From positions 1-64,000 of IMG/VR virus record IMGVR_UViG_3300045988_137804: a DNA stretch of 64,000 nt, one strand, 5' to 3'. Under the pieces are notes generated by a model that made no database searches, was not told where the DNA came from, and saw only the letters and a program-made list of their open reading frames with translations. Positions within the stretch are counted from its first letter, which is position 1. Every line of letters starts with the position of its first letter. The translations under genes were made by a program, and so were the position numbers. Positions 1-8,169 of the stretch are shown here, one piece after another. The DNA is from a virus.

Positions 1-68
1 TCAAATTCACAGAAGTTTACCAGTTTCCAATCTTTTTTGAATGAATTTATGCTTTTATCAGTATTCAT
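1..68 (-). CDS. C5 DNA methyltransferase paralog, first 22 codons only (gene runs off the left edge of the window)
   Basis: Minus-strand ATG at 68-66, with AAGGGA 5 nt upstream. It reads MNTDKSINSFKKDWKLVNFCEF. From codon 6 onward it is nucleotide-identical to the 5' end of the plus-strand methyltransferase. Confidence 0.4.
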   Translation of the reverse strand, partial: MNTDKSINSFKKDWKLVNFCEF

Positions 69-238
69 AAAAATCCCTTATTTATAGGGGATTGCGCAAT
101 CTCTTTATTCTAGAATTTACCTGTTTTCACCTTTCTTAATTTTAAAAACTCCTCGCTTTCAAGGCATTTGCAACTACCATGTGAAAGCATAAATTCATTC
201 AAAAAAGATTGGAAACTGGTAAACTTCTGTGAATTTGA
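1..238. repeat. Perfect 55-bp inverted repeat (1-55 vs 184-238) around a 128-bp spacer
   Basis: Bases 1-55 are the exact reverse complement of 184-238. The left arm touches the window edge, so the repeat may be longer. Confidence 0.95.
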
Positions 239-1679
239 TAAGTATGCAACAAAATCATACTGTGCAATTCATGGTGTAGATGAATCATTGAATCTTGGTG
301 ATATTACAAAAGTTGATGAGACAAATCTTGAACAATTTAATATGATTTGTGGAGGTAGCCCGTGTCAGGATTTTTCTGTAGCAGGTAAACAAAAGGGTTC
401 TGTTTGGACTTGTAAAGAATGTGGACATGAATATAATCCATTAACAGTTCATTGGGCTGAACGTGATAAGTGTCCAAATTGCAACAGTGAAAATATTGAA
501 AAGACAAGATCATCATTACTTGTTGAATATTTAAGAGTTATCAGAGCAAATAAACCAAATTTTGGAATTTATGAGAATGTAAAGAACATTGTCGGTAGAC
601 AGTTTAAAGACACAACATTTAAATTGTTTACTGATGAGTTGGAAGAATACGGATATAACGTGTATTGGAAGGTGCTTAATGCAAAGAATTATGGTATTCC
701 ACAAAATAGGGAGCGTGTGTATCTGATTTTTATTAAGAAAGATTTGGATAATGGTAAGTTTAAATTTCCAGAACCATTTGATAATGGTGTTAGATTGAAA
801 GATTTATTGGAAGACGTTGTTGATCAAAAATATTATCTTAGCAAAGAAGTTCAAGATAGATTCAAGCTAACTGATGATACTTTTACAAAAAATATTATTG
901 GCACAACAAAACCAGAGTTTAGAACAATCGGTCAAAGAGATTTGGTATATCAGAAAGATTCCGTAATGGGTGCATTAGTAGCAATAGATTATAAGCAACC
1001 GAAACAGATTTTGGATAATGATATTAAAACAGTTGCAATTCCACAAGCCACCAAAAAAGGTTACATAGAATGTGAAATTGGTGGAGTTGCAGATTTATCA
1101 TATCCAGATTCTAAAACTAGACGTGGAAGAGTACAAGATGGTGGTAATATTTGTCCAACATTAACTGCTACAGAGACAGGTGTATGTAGAATCGAATCTG
1201 TTGAAGACAAGCCTAAAGAAAGATTTTTTAGACAAGCATTAGATACATTTGATGATTCCGATGCAGAATATGGAGATACAATTGATGCATTTAATAAAAG
1301 AGTAAATAAATCGGGCTGTTCACCTACATTAACGACAAGACCAGAAGGGTTTAAAACAGCTATTTTGCCAGTAACAAATAATTTACGAGTAAGAAAATTA
1401 ACTCCGAAAGAATGCTTTAGACTTATGGGATTTTCGGATGAAAATTTCAATGCAGCACATAATGCAGGTATTTCAAATTCGCAGTTGTATAAGCAAGCTG
1501 GAAATTCAATCGTGGTAGATGTTTTATATTACATATTTGTTGAGCTGTATAAAGCCATGCCATATCTTTTTGATGATTTAAAGTTAAGCAGTTTCTTCTC
1601 AGGAATCGGAGCATTTGAAGTGGCATTGGACAGATTATACAAAGGAATTAATTTTGGAAATTTTACAAATTCACATTAA
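168..1679 (+). CDS. DNA (cytosine-5)-methyltransferase with motif I at the C-terminus (circularly permuted) and a zinc-ribbon insert
   Basis: Motif order: FCEFDKYA (II), GGSPCQDFSVAG (IV, catalytic PCQ), ENVKNI (VI), QNRERVYLIF (VIII), LTPKECFRLMGF (IX), AGNSIVVDVL (X), then FFSGIGAFEVAL (motif I, FxGxG) at 1593-1616. TTG start with a weak RBS, so the start is uncertain. Confidence 0.85.
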   Translation: MQLPCESINSFKKDWKLVNFCEFDKYATKSYCAIHGVDESLNLGDITKVDETNLEQFNMICGGSPCQDFSVAGKQKGSVWTCKECGHEYNPLTVHWAERDKCPNCNSENIEKTRSSLLVEYLRVIRANKPNFGIYENVKNIVGRQFKDTTFKLFTDELEEYGYNVYWKVLNAKNYGIPQNRERVYLIFIKKDLDNGKFKFPEPFDNGVRLKDLLEDVVDQKYYLSKEVQDRFKLTDDTFTKNIIGTTKPEFRTIGQRDLVYQKDSVMGALVAIDYKQPKQILDNDIKTVAIPQATKKGYIECEIGGVADLSYPDSKTRRGRVQDGGNICPTLTATETGVCRIESVEDKPKERFFRQALDTFDDSDAEYGDTIDAFNKRVNKSGCSPTLTTRPEGFKTAILPVTNNLRVRKLTPKECFRLMGFSDENFNAAHNAGISNSQLYKQAGNSIVVDVLYYIFVELYKAMPYLFDDLKLSSFFSGIGAFEVALDRLYKGINFGNFTNSH

Positions 1680-1699
1680 GCGAAAGGAACTGTCTATAT

Positions 1700-1993
1700 A
1701 TGGATAATTATTGTCTTAAATATTCAATTTATATTTTTGACGAAGAAGGAAAACTTTATGATTTAGTACATTCTAAATTTGGAATAAAAATAATTATGCA
1801 TACGAAAGAGAAAGGTCATAAAGAACCACATGTGCATGTCAAGTACGAAAATAAAGAAGCAGTGCTAAGTTTGATAGATGGAAGATTTATGAAAGGAAAC
1901 ATACATCCAAACAAAAGGAAATATGCGGAAGAATGGGTAATGAATAACAAAGAGGAACTTCTAAAAAGGTATAAAGAAGTGATTGTTTTATGA
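1700..1993 (+). CDS. DUF4160-like protein
   Basis: HKEPHVHVKYENKEAVLSL...G.IHPNKRKYAEEWVMNNKEELLKRY matches my recollection of the DUF4160 pattern (PPHFHA.Y....G.lp......eW......L...W). Confidence 0.55.
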   Translation: MDNYCLKYSIYIFDEEGKLYDLVHSKFGIKIIMHTKEKGHKEPHVHVKYENKEAVLSLIDGRFMKGNIHPNKRKYAEEWVMNNKEELLKRYKEVIVL

Positions 1994-2247
1994 ATCACAT
2001 AGAGAACACAATAGCTGTAAAATATGAAAACTTTAAGGAGAGAATAAACATTATGACGATTAAATTTATTAAAGATGTTGTCTTCAAAGACCAAAAAGAA
2101 GACAGTGTAAAGATTAAAAAAGGAAAGATTCTCACAGCAAAGGTTGTAAGAAACGAAGATGGTAAGGAAGAATATGAGATTACTCATAGGAAAAATACAT
2201 TCATGATTCCATCTTCTATGAAAGATGTAGTATTTGAGATTTTGTAA
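1990..2247 (+). CDS. hypothetical protein (possible small partner of the DUF4160 gene)
   Basis: ATGA overlap with the upstream gene, same strand. No recognisable motif. Confidence 0.45.
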   Translation: MNHIENTIAVKYENFKERINIMTIKFIKDVVFKDQKEDSVKIKKGKILTAKVVRNEDGKEEYEITHRKNTFMIPSSMKDVVFEIL

Positions 2248-2309
2248 ATTTGTTCAGATTCTTTTGGAGAATAAGTAAGTATACAAATAATGATTGCGAG
2301 GTATATAAA

Positions 2310-2819
2310 ATGCTTAACAAAGAACAAAAGAATCTGGTGGAAGAAAATTATAATCTTACATATAAATATGCAAAAGATCACAAGTTGGATATGGAAGAAT
2401 TCAGTGGATTGCTTTCTATTGGTTTGTGTAAAGCTGCGTTAAATTACGATTCAGATAAAACAAAGTTCTCTACGTTTGCATACAGATGTATGGGAAATGA
2501 AGTAAGTAATTATCTGAGAAAAGTTAATGCAGGTAAATACTTGAGACATGATGAAGTATATTCCATGGAAGCATTGAATGAAAACGAGAATAGAGCTATA
2601 GAAGAGACATTTCTTATGACTTCATCGGAGAATATTGAGATAGACTATATGTTCAAGGCTAAGTTTCAGAAAGAATATGACAAGCTGAAAGACCAGGTTA
2701 AGAACATTGTTGCTCTCAAATATCATGGATACACAAACAATGAAGTTGCAGAAATTATGAATATAAAAGCATCTACTATAAGTATGGCTTTGAAAAAGTT
2801 CAAATATGCGCTGGTATAA
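2310..2819 (+). CDS. phage sigma-70 family (ECF-like) sigma factor
   Basis: Region-2-like segment LLSIGLCKAALNYDSDKTKFSTFAYRCMGNEVSNYLRK and region-4 HTH YTNNEVAEIMNIKASTISMALKKFKY. Start moved to the ATG at 2310, which has GAGGT upstream. Confidence 0.7.
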   Translation: MLNKEQKNLVEENYNLTYKYAKDHKLDMEEFSGLLSIGLCKAALNYDSDKTKFSTFAYRCMGNEVSNYLRKVNAGKYLRHDEVYSMEALNENENRAIEETFLMTSSENIEIDYMFKAKFQKEYDKLKDQVKNIVALKYHGYTNNEVAEIMNIKASTISMALKKFKYALV

Positions 2820-2870
2820 ATGCTATATTATGAGATATATAGATAATATTGTGTGTTGCAATAAATCGTA

Positions 2871-2886
2871 ATACTACATGTAGTAT
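2871..2886. promoter_or_regulatory. perfect 16-bp palindrome ATACTACATGTAGTAT in an intergenic region
   Basis: Self-complementary by eye. TTGCAA lies 10 nt upstream and TATAAA just downstream, so it looks like an operator overlapping a promoter. Confidence 0.4.
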
Positions 2887-2900
2887 ATAAATATATCATC

Positions 2901-2918
2901 ACACACTATATATAGTAT
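2901..2918. promoter_or_regulatory. ACACACTATATATAGT operator-like motif, copy 1
   Basis: 16 nt identical (17 of 18) to the motif at 11947-11964. Followed by TAAAAT at 2919-2924. Confidence 0.4.
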
Positions 2919-2977
2919 TAAAATATAGATGAAATGCGAATTTCATTGGTGGAGAATATATAAGCGGAGGTGATAAC

Positions 2978-3502
2978 GTGGGAACAAATTATTACATGAT
3001 GATGAAGGACAAGGAACTTGCAATGAAGTATTTCGATAATGAGTACGAGCTTACAGATACTCCGTATTTTGGCTATGAAGTACATATCATGAAACTGAGT
3101 TATGGTTGGAAACCTTTATTTGAGTGGCATGGGAATGCGTATAAATCAGTAGAAGATATGCTAAAGTTCTTGGAATTTCATAGAATGGATATTGATATTT
3201 TTGACGAATATAATCGAGAATATACCATTGAAGAATTAAAAGAAGAGTTCGTAAGTCATAAAAATGTAAAACCAAGATATATGAAACATATTCCAGAAGG
3301 CATTCCGAATCATACATTTGGTGGTAGAGATTATTTAGCTGAGTCCACTGAGGATGATTATGACATTAAAATGCCATATGACCATGTAGAGTATCATAAA
3401 TTAGATCCTTACAATGAAAAAAGATGGATAGATGAAAGTAGAGAGCCATTATATTTTCACGATAAGGATGGTTATGATTTTACGAAAGGATGGTTCGAAT
3501 AA
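2978..3502 (+). CDS. hypothetical protein
   Basis: GTG start 6 nt after GGAGGTG. 174-aa ORF with no recognised motif. Confidence 0.6.
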   Translation: MGTNYYMMMKDKELAMKYFDNEYELTDTPYFGYEVHIMKLSYGWKPLFEWHGNAYKSVEDMLKFLEFHRMDIDIFDEYNREYTIEELKEEFVSHKNVKPRYMKHIPEGIPNHTFGGRDYLAESTEDDYDIKMPYDHVEYHKLDPYNEKRWIDESREPLYFHDKDGYDFTKGWFE

Positions 3503-3612
3503 TGAATAAACCAACATTATGGGTTATGGTTGGCTTGTCTGGAAGTGGTAAATCAAGTGTTGCAAAAGAAATCGCAGAGAATAATCCTAAGAAGGAGATG
3601 AATAACAAATAA
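3502..3612 (+). pseudogene. P-loop kinase remnant (Walker A only, 36 codons)
   Basis: MNKPTLWVMVGLSGSGKSSVAKEIAENNP then a stop. Looks like the N-terminus of an AAA_33/polynucleotide-kinase-type protein, truncated at the edge of the homing-endonuclease insert. Confidence 0.5.
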
Positions 3613-4477
3613 CAAAAAGAAAAATTTATTGTGGAATATATATGATACGCAATAAAATAAACGATAAAAAATATATAGGTCAAAGTATAGATATATGGTA
3701 TAGATATAGAAATCATTTGAGTGAATCATATAATGTAAACAAAAAAGCTTACAATATGGCAATTCATAAGGCGATAAGAAAATATGGTAAAAGTAATTTT
3801 GAATTAATTGTTTTAGAAGAATGTCCAAAAGAAAAATTAAATGAACGAGAAATTTATTGGATAGAATATTACGATACATACAATGATGGTTACAATCAAA
3901 CAATTGGTGGGGATACATTAAAAAATACAATTGATAGAGCAAATATATATATCGTCTGTGGGATGAAGGAAAATCTATTAAAGACATTCGTGAAATAACT
4001 AAGCATGGAAAACATCAAATTATTCGTATTTTAGAAGGTTATGATAAATATTCACCTGAAGAAAGCAAGAGAAGAGGATTTTCGTCTGCTTCAAAGACTA
4101 GGGGCAAAACTGTGTATAGATATCAAATGAATGGTGAATATATAGATGAATTTTGGTCAATTGCTGAAGCCGGAAGAAAAACAGGAACAAGAAATACAGA
4201 TATAAGTTTATGCTTAAATGGTTCTCAACAATCTGCAAATAATTATAGATGGAGTTTTGAGAAAAAAGATAATATCGGAGAATACAAAGCGGAGATGGCA
4301 AACAAAAAGAAAGCAGTTATAAAATATGATGAGGACAATAATTTTATTGAAGAATTTGCATCAATTACAGATGCGGCGAAATCAGTAGGGCTAAAAGGTT
4401 TATCTGGAATAATAAAATCATGTGAAAAAGATGTTTTGTGCAAAGGGTATAAGTGGAAATATAAATATCAAATCTAA
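3606..4477 (+). mobile_element. GIY-YIG homing endonuclease with NUMOD/IENR1-type DNA-binding repeats; frameshifted, no canonical start (probably decaying)
   Basis: The GIY motif (YCGIYMIRNKINDKKYIGQS) starts upstream of the first ATG (3642). The catalytic frame ends at 3998. The HTH and NUMOD-like part (LWDEGKSIKDIREI..., VYRYQMNGEYIDEFWSIAEAGRKTG..., VIKYDEDNNFIEEFASITDAAKSVG...) continues in another frame that opens after the stop at 3935-3937. The shift falls in the AAATATATATAT run near 3941-3952. Confidence 0.7.
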
Positions 4478-4561
4478 GGAACGTTGGAAGAAAAGGTTTG
4501 GAGAATATAAATATCAGATGCTTTTGGATTTTCATGAATGTGATAAAGTGAGGTGAGATAC

Positions 4562-4909
4562 ATGAGATGTAATACAGATTTGGAGACTTGGCTGCATGAT
4601 TTCGAAGACGATATATTCCGTATCTTAGTTTACAGAAAGCCTGGTCAGTATACTCCATACGAAGTGGAGAATAAGTTTAGTGATGAGTCTTTATATGTAG
4701 ACAATGAATACAAGAAAGTATTTATTGAAGACGTAATTGAACTACCGGACAAAGATGTTCTGATTGGATTTAGAGAAGTTCTTGATGTGAATCAAAATAA
4801 AGACGGAGAATATGAATGTGAGTTGGCAGATAGCATTGAATATTATAAGCTTTCTGAAATTAAACTGGAATGTTTTAAATGTGATCAAGTGATTGGAGGT
4901 GAGTTCTAA
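4562..4909 (+). CDS. hypothetical protein
   Basis: ATG at 4562, 6 nt after GAGGTGAG. No motif recognised. Confidence 0.55.
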   Translation: MRCNTDLETWLHDFEDDIFRILVYRKPGQYTPYEVENKFSDESLYVDNEYKKVFIEDVIELPDKDVLIGFREVLDVNQNKDGEYECELADSIEYYKLSEIKLECFKCDQVIGGEF

Positions 4910-5169
4910 TGGATATTTTCCAAAACATTGTATTGATCTTCATGGGAGTATTGCTCTTAGGAATTTTGGTTGCATTTTCAATCCTATTAGAGAAGTTCAT
5001 GGAGCTGTCAGACGAAGTACATAAGAAACTCTTTGAAATGTCAGTAGAGAATAATACAAATGTAGATGATGGATTCATTCTTGGAGATGAGTTCTTGACA
5101 GAAGACGAATTGACAAATGAAAGCGATGAAGATTCAAGAGAAGAATTCGGAATTTATTCTGAACGATAA
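4909..5169 (+). CDS. small membrane protein with acidic tail
   Basis: One hydrophobic helix (IVLIFMGVLLLGILVAFSILL) followed by a D/E-rich C-terminus. GGAGG RBS. Confidence 0.55.
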   Translation: MDIFQNIVLIFMGVLLLGILVAFSILLEKFMELSDEVHKKLFEMSVENNTNVDDGFILGDEFLTEDELTNESDEDSREEFGIYSER

Positions 5170-5384
5170 AAGAGTAATAGTATTATGGTTATACGTCAGA
5201 TATGAGGACAAATTCTTGCCGTAATCGTTCAAGATTAACAATTGGATACTGAAAAATAAAGAACTGAATTTGCTCTATGTATATATCAAATAGTAAGCAA
5301 TATATGATGTATTTTTGGACTTAAATTAGCTTAATTAAACTAACTAATTTTTGTATAAATATTTAAAAAAGAGGAGAAAGAAAA

Positions 5385-6965
5385 ATGGTAAATGAGATTA
5401 TTAATGGACTTGGTGTTTTAGTTCCTGTAGTGATTGTAGGAGCAGGTGGAATTGGAATTGTTGGTTCTGGATATGTAAAAGCATCGCCAGATAAAGCCTA
5501 TATCATTTCTGGTTTAAGAAAAGATCCAAAAGTTCTTATTGGAAAAGCTGGGCTTAAGATTCCATTCTTTGAAAAGAAAGACGAGCTAAATCTTCAGTTA
5601 ATTCCAATTGATGTAAAAACATCAAGTGCAGTTCCAACAGCAGATTACATCAACATTAACGTTGATGCAGCAGTAAACGTAAAGGTAAGTAGCGACACAG
5701 AAAGACTTAAACTTGCAGCAGAGAACTTTCTTAATAAACCAACTGACTACATTGGACAGGTTGCAAGAGAAGTTCTTGAGGGTAATATGCGTGAGATTGT
5801 TGGCAAAATGAACTTGGAAGAAATGGTTTCCGATCGTCAGAAGTTTGCAGAACTCGTAAAAGAAAATGCCGAACCAGATCTTGCTGCAATGGGACTCGAC
5901 ATTGTGAGCTTCAATGTACAGAATTTTGTTGATGAAAATGGAGTAATTGAAAATCTTGGTGTTGACAACATTGTTAAAATTCAGAAAAATGCAGCTATTT
6001 CAAGAGCTGATAGCGAAAAAGAAATTGCCAAGGCTCGTGCTATGGCTAAAAAAGAAGCGAATGATGCAGAGGTAACTTCTGAATTGGAAATTGCAAATGC
6101 TCAGGCTGAAGCACAGAAGAAGAAAGCAATTGTACAGGCTAACGCAGATAGAGAGTCAAGAGAAGCTCAAATTGCAGCAGACACACTTATTGCACAGAAA
6201 GAAAATGAACTTGAAATTAAAAAAGCAGAACTTCAGAAAGATGCTGATACGAAAAAGGCTTCAGCAGATGCAGCTTATAGTATTCAGGAAGAAAATGAAA
6301 GAAAATCTGTGGAGATTGCTACGGCAGATGCTAATCTTGCTAAACAGGAAAAAGCTGTGGAGATTAAAGAGAAAGAGATTGCACTCACAGAAAAAACTCT
6401 TGAAGCTACTGTAAAGAAACAGGCTGAAGCAGAAAAATATGCAAAACAGCAGGAAGCAGATGCAAGACTGTATGAAACACAGAGAAAATCAGAAGCAAAT
6501 CTTTTTGAGAGACAGAAAAATGCTGAAGCAGAGAAGTTTGAACGTGAGAAAGAAGCTGAAGCTATGAAAGCAACAGCAGAAGCTAACAAATATGCTATGG
6601 AACAGGAAGCAGAAGGTATTCGTAGTAAAGGACAGGCTGAAGCCGATGCAATCAAAGCAAAAGCTCTTGCAGAAGCAGAAGGTATTCAGAAGAAAGCAGA
6701 AGCAATGAAACAGATGGGTGAAGCAGCAGTTCTTGATATGTATTTCAAAGCTATGCCAGAAATCGCCAAGAATATCGCAGAACCTCTTGCCAAAGTTGAC
6801 AAAATTACAATGTATGGAGATGGAAACTCTTCAAAATTGATGAAAGATATCATGAACACTCTTAATCAGGTTACAGATGGTATGAAAGAGTCAACTGGAA
6901 TCGACTTAAATTCTATTCTTGCAGGTTTTGCAGGTGCTAAAATTGCTGAATCTACAGACAAATAA
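5385..6965 (+). CDS. flotillin-like SPFH (band-7) domain protein
   Basis: N-terminal TM segment, an SPFH core (YIISGLRKDPKVLIGKAGLKIPFFEKKDELNLQLIPIDV...MGLDIVSFNVQNF), then a long A/E/K-rich coiled coil as in FloT/YqiK. Strong RBS AGAGGAGAAAG. Confidence 0.85.
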   Translation: MVNEIINGLGVLVPVVIVGAGGIGIVGSGYVKASPDKAYIISGLRKDPKVLIGKAGLKIPFFEKKDELNLQLIPIDVKTSSAVPTADYININVDAAVNVKVSSDTERLKLAAENFLNKPTDYIGQVAREVLEGNMREIVGKMNLEEMVSDRQKFAELVKENAEPDLAAMGLDIVSFNVQNFVDENGVIENLGVDNIVKIQKNAAISRADSEKEIAKARAMAKKEANDAEVTSELEIANAQAEAQKKKAIVQANADRESREAQIAADTLIAQKENELEIKKAELQKDADTKKASADAAYSIQEENERKSVEIATADANLAKQEKAVEIKEKEIALTEKTLEATVKKQAEAEKYAKQQEADARLYETQRKSEANLFERQKNAEAEKFEREKEAEAMKATAEANKYAMEQEAEGIRSKGQAEADAIKAKALAEAEGIQKKAEAMKQMGEAAVLDMYFKAMPEIAKNIAEPLAKVDKITMYGDGNSSKLMKDIMNTLNQVTDGMKESTGIDLNSILAGFAGAKIAESTDK

Positions 6966-7040
6966 TCTGTACATAGTTTAATTTTACACATTCCAACTTT
7001 GCATAGTGTCACAGCTATGCAGAGTATTTCTAAAAATAAT

Positions 7041-7535
7041 ATGAGAGGAAGTGATTGTGTGGTTAATTTAGAACCACGGATGATGCAAAAAGTACAAAAG
7101 TGTTTAGAAACACATGTTGGTGGTGAAGCATATTTTAATGAATTAGACGCTGCGATTAAATCAGATGAAAATCTTTTGAAGTCTTTCATTAATCGCATTG
7201 TCATAGAAACGAAGTGTCGCAACTTTGTAATGTCAGGTGAAATTGGTGTTGTATATTCTAAATTATATTCATACGATGACATTCATTTGTTGTTGCTGCC
7301 AGGTGGCTTGAGACACGATAAAGAAATTCCTTATGACATTGGGAGAATATATGAAGGAATGGAATTTGTATTCGTAGACGATTCATATTACTCAGGAAAA
7401 ACTTTGAATGCTGTGAAGAAATATATGGAATCTACTGGTGCAAAAATCATTGCAAATTATGTTTTCTACGATGGTAGCAGAGAAAATAAAGATAATGTGA
7501 GATCAATTTACAGATATTATGATCATCACGAATAA
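7041..7535 (+). CDS. phosphoribosyltransferase-like protein (start uncertain; GTG at 7059 also possible)
   Basis: PRPP-binding-type motif FVFVDDSYYSGKTL. Confidence 0.5.
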   Translation: MRGSDCVVNLEPRMMQKVQKCLETHVGGEAYFNELDAAIKSDENLLKSFINRIVIETKCRNFVMSGEIGVVYSKLYSYDDIHLLLLPGGLRHDKEIPYDIGRIYEGMEFVFVDDSYYSGKTLNAVKKYMESTGAKIIANYVFYDGSRENKDNVRSIYRYYDHHE

Positions 7536-7549
7536 GGAGAATAACATAT

Positions 7550-7747
7550 ATGGGAAGAAAATTCAGATGGTTGGATGCAATCAGGACAATGAATGTAAAT
7601 GATCTTGCACCATATTTAATAAAGGAATGTTTCAATTTTCATGATGGAACATGGTGGTCATCTCCAAGTGGTAATAAATTTGATTATCATGATGATGCTC
7701 TTGAAGATTGTATTCGGTGGTTAAATTCTAAATATGATGGGAGATAA
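7550..7747 (+). CDS. hypothetical protein
   Basis: AAGGAGAATA RBS, 65-aa ORF. Confidence 0.5.
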   Translation: MGRKFRWLDAIRTMNVNDLAPYLIKECFNFHDGTWWSSPSGNKFDYHDDALEDCIRWLNSKYDGR

Positions 7748-7755
7748 TAATTATT

Positions 7756-8127
7756 ATGGGATGGTATGAAGAGTACAAGACTGATGAATATATAAAAAGT
7801 CTCCAGTCTGTAGTAGAAGGATTAAAAACAAAAGATAAGACAATTAATTCACTACAAGAAGAGAATAATAGATTGAGAGATGAACATTACAAGGATGGAG
7901 AGTTAAAGAAATTGCAAGAAAAAATTGATAAGTTGCAAGGCGACTGTAATAGAGGATTTCCAATTAGTTTCAATGAGCAAGAAGTGATTGATGAATTTCG
8001 AGAAGAACACAAGAAGGAATGTCCTCATTGTAGCTTCAAATACATATTTGAGCCTTATTCGATTGTTGAGTTTGGATATCTAAAATGCAATGTTTGTGGT
8101 GAAGAAATAAAATTTGCAGAACGGTGA
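7756..8127 (+). CDS. hypothetical coiled-coil protein with C-terminal CxxC...CxxC zinc ribbon
   Basis: CPHC ... CNVC pair at the C-terminus. Heptad-like N-terminal half. Confidence 0.5.
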   Translation: MGWYEEYKTDEYIKSLQSVVEGLKTKDKTINSLQEENNRLRDEHYKDGELKKLQEKIDKLQGDCNRGFPISFNEQEVIDEFREEHKKECPHCSFKYIFEPYSIVEFGYLKCNVCGEEIKFAER

Positions 8128-8169
8128 TGGAGAATAAGTAATTAAAGGTTATAGAAAGGAGTTTGTGAA

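Noticed and set aside
66-93. Hairpin plus T-run on the minus strand, read as a transcription terminator
   Set aside because: - It lies immediately upstream of the minus-strand ATG (68) and contains that gene's RBS.
- No minus-strand gene lies upstream of it to terminate.
- It is more likely a translational or regulatory hairpin, as discussed under the inverted-repeat finding.
1663-1672. CAAATTCACA at the methyltransferase 3' end matches window positions 2-11 (inverse of 228-237), hinting at a second recombination site
   Set aside because: - Only 10 nt match, with no flanking similarity.
- A chance match of this length is plausible in 64 kb of AT-rich sequence.
6091-6655. 107-aa (+) and 123-aa (-) ORFs inside the flotillin gene
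   Set aside because: - They are alternative-frame and antisense readings of the GCA/GAA/AAA-rich coiled-coil coding region.
- The translations are low-complexity.
- The flotillin frame is clearly the real one.
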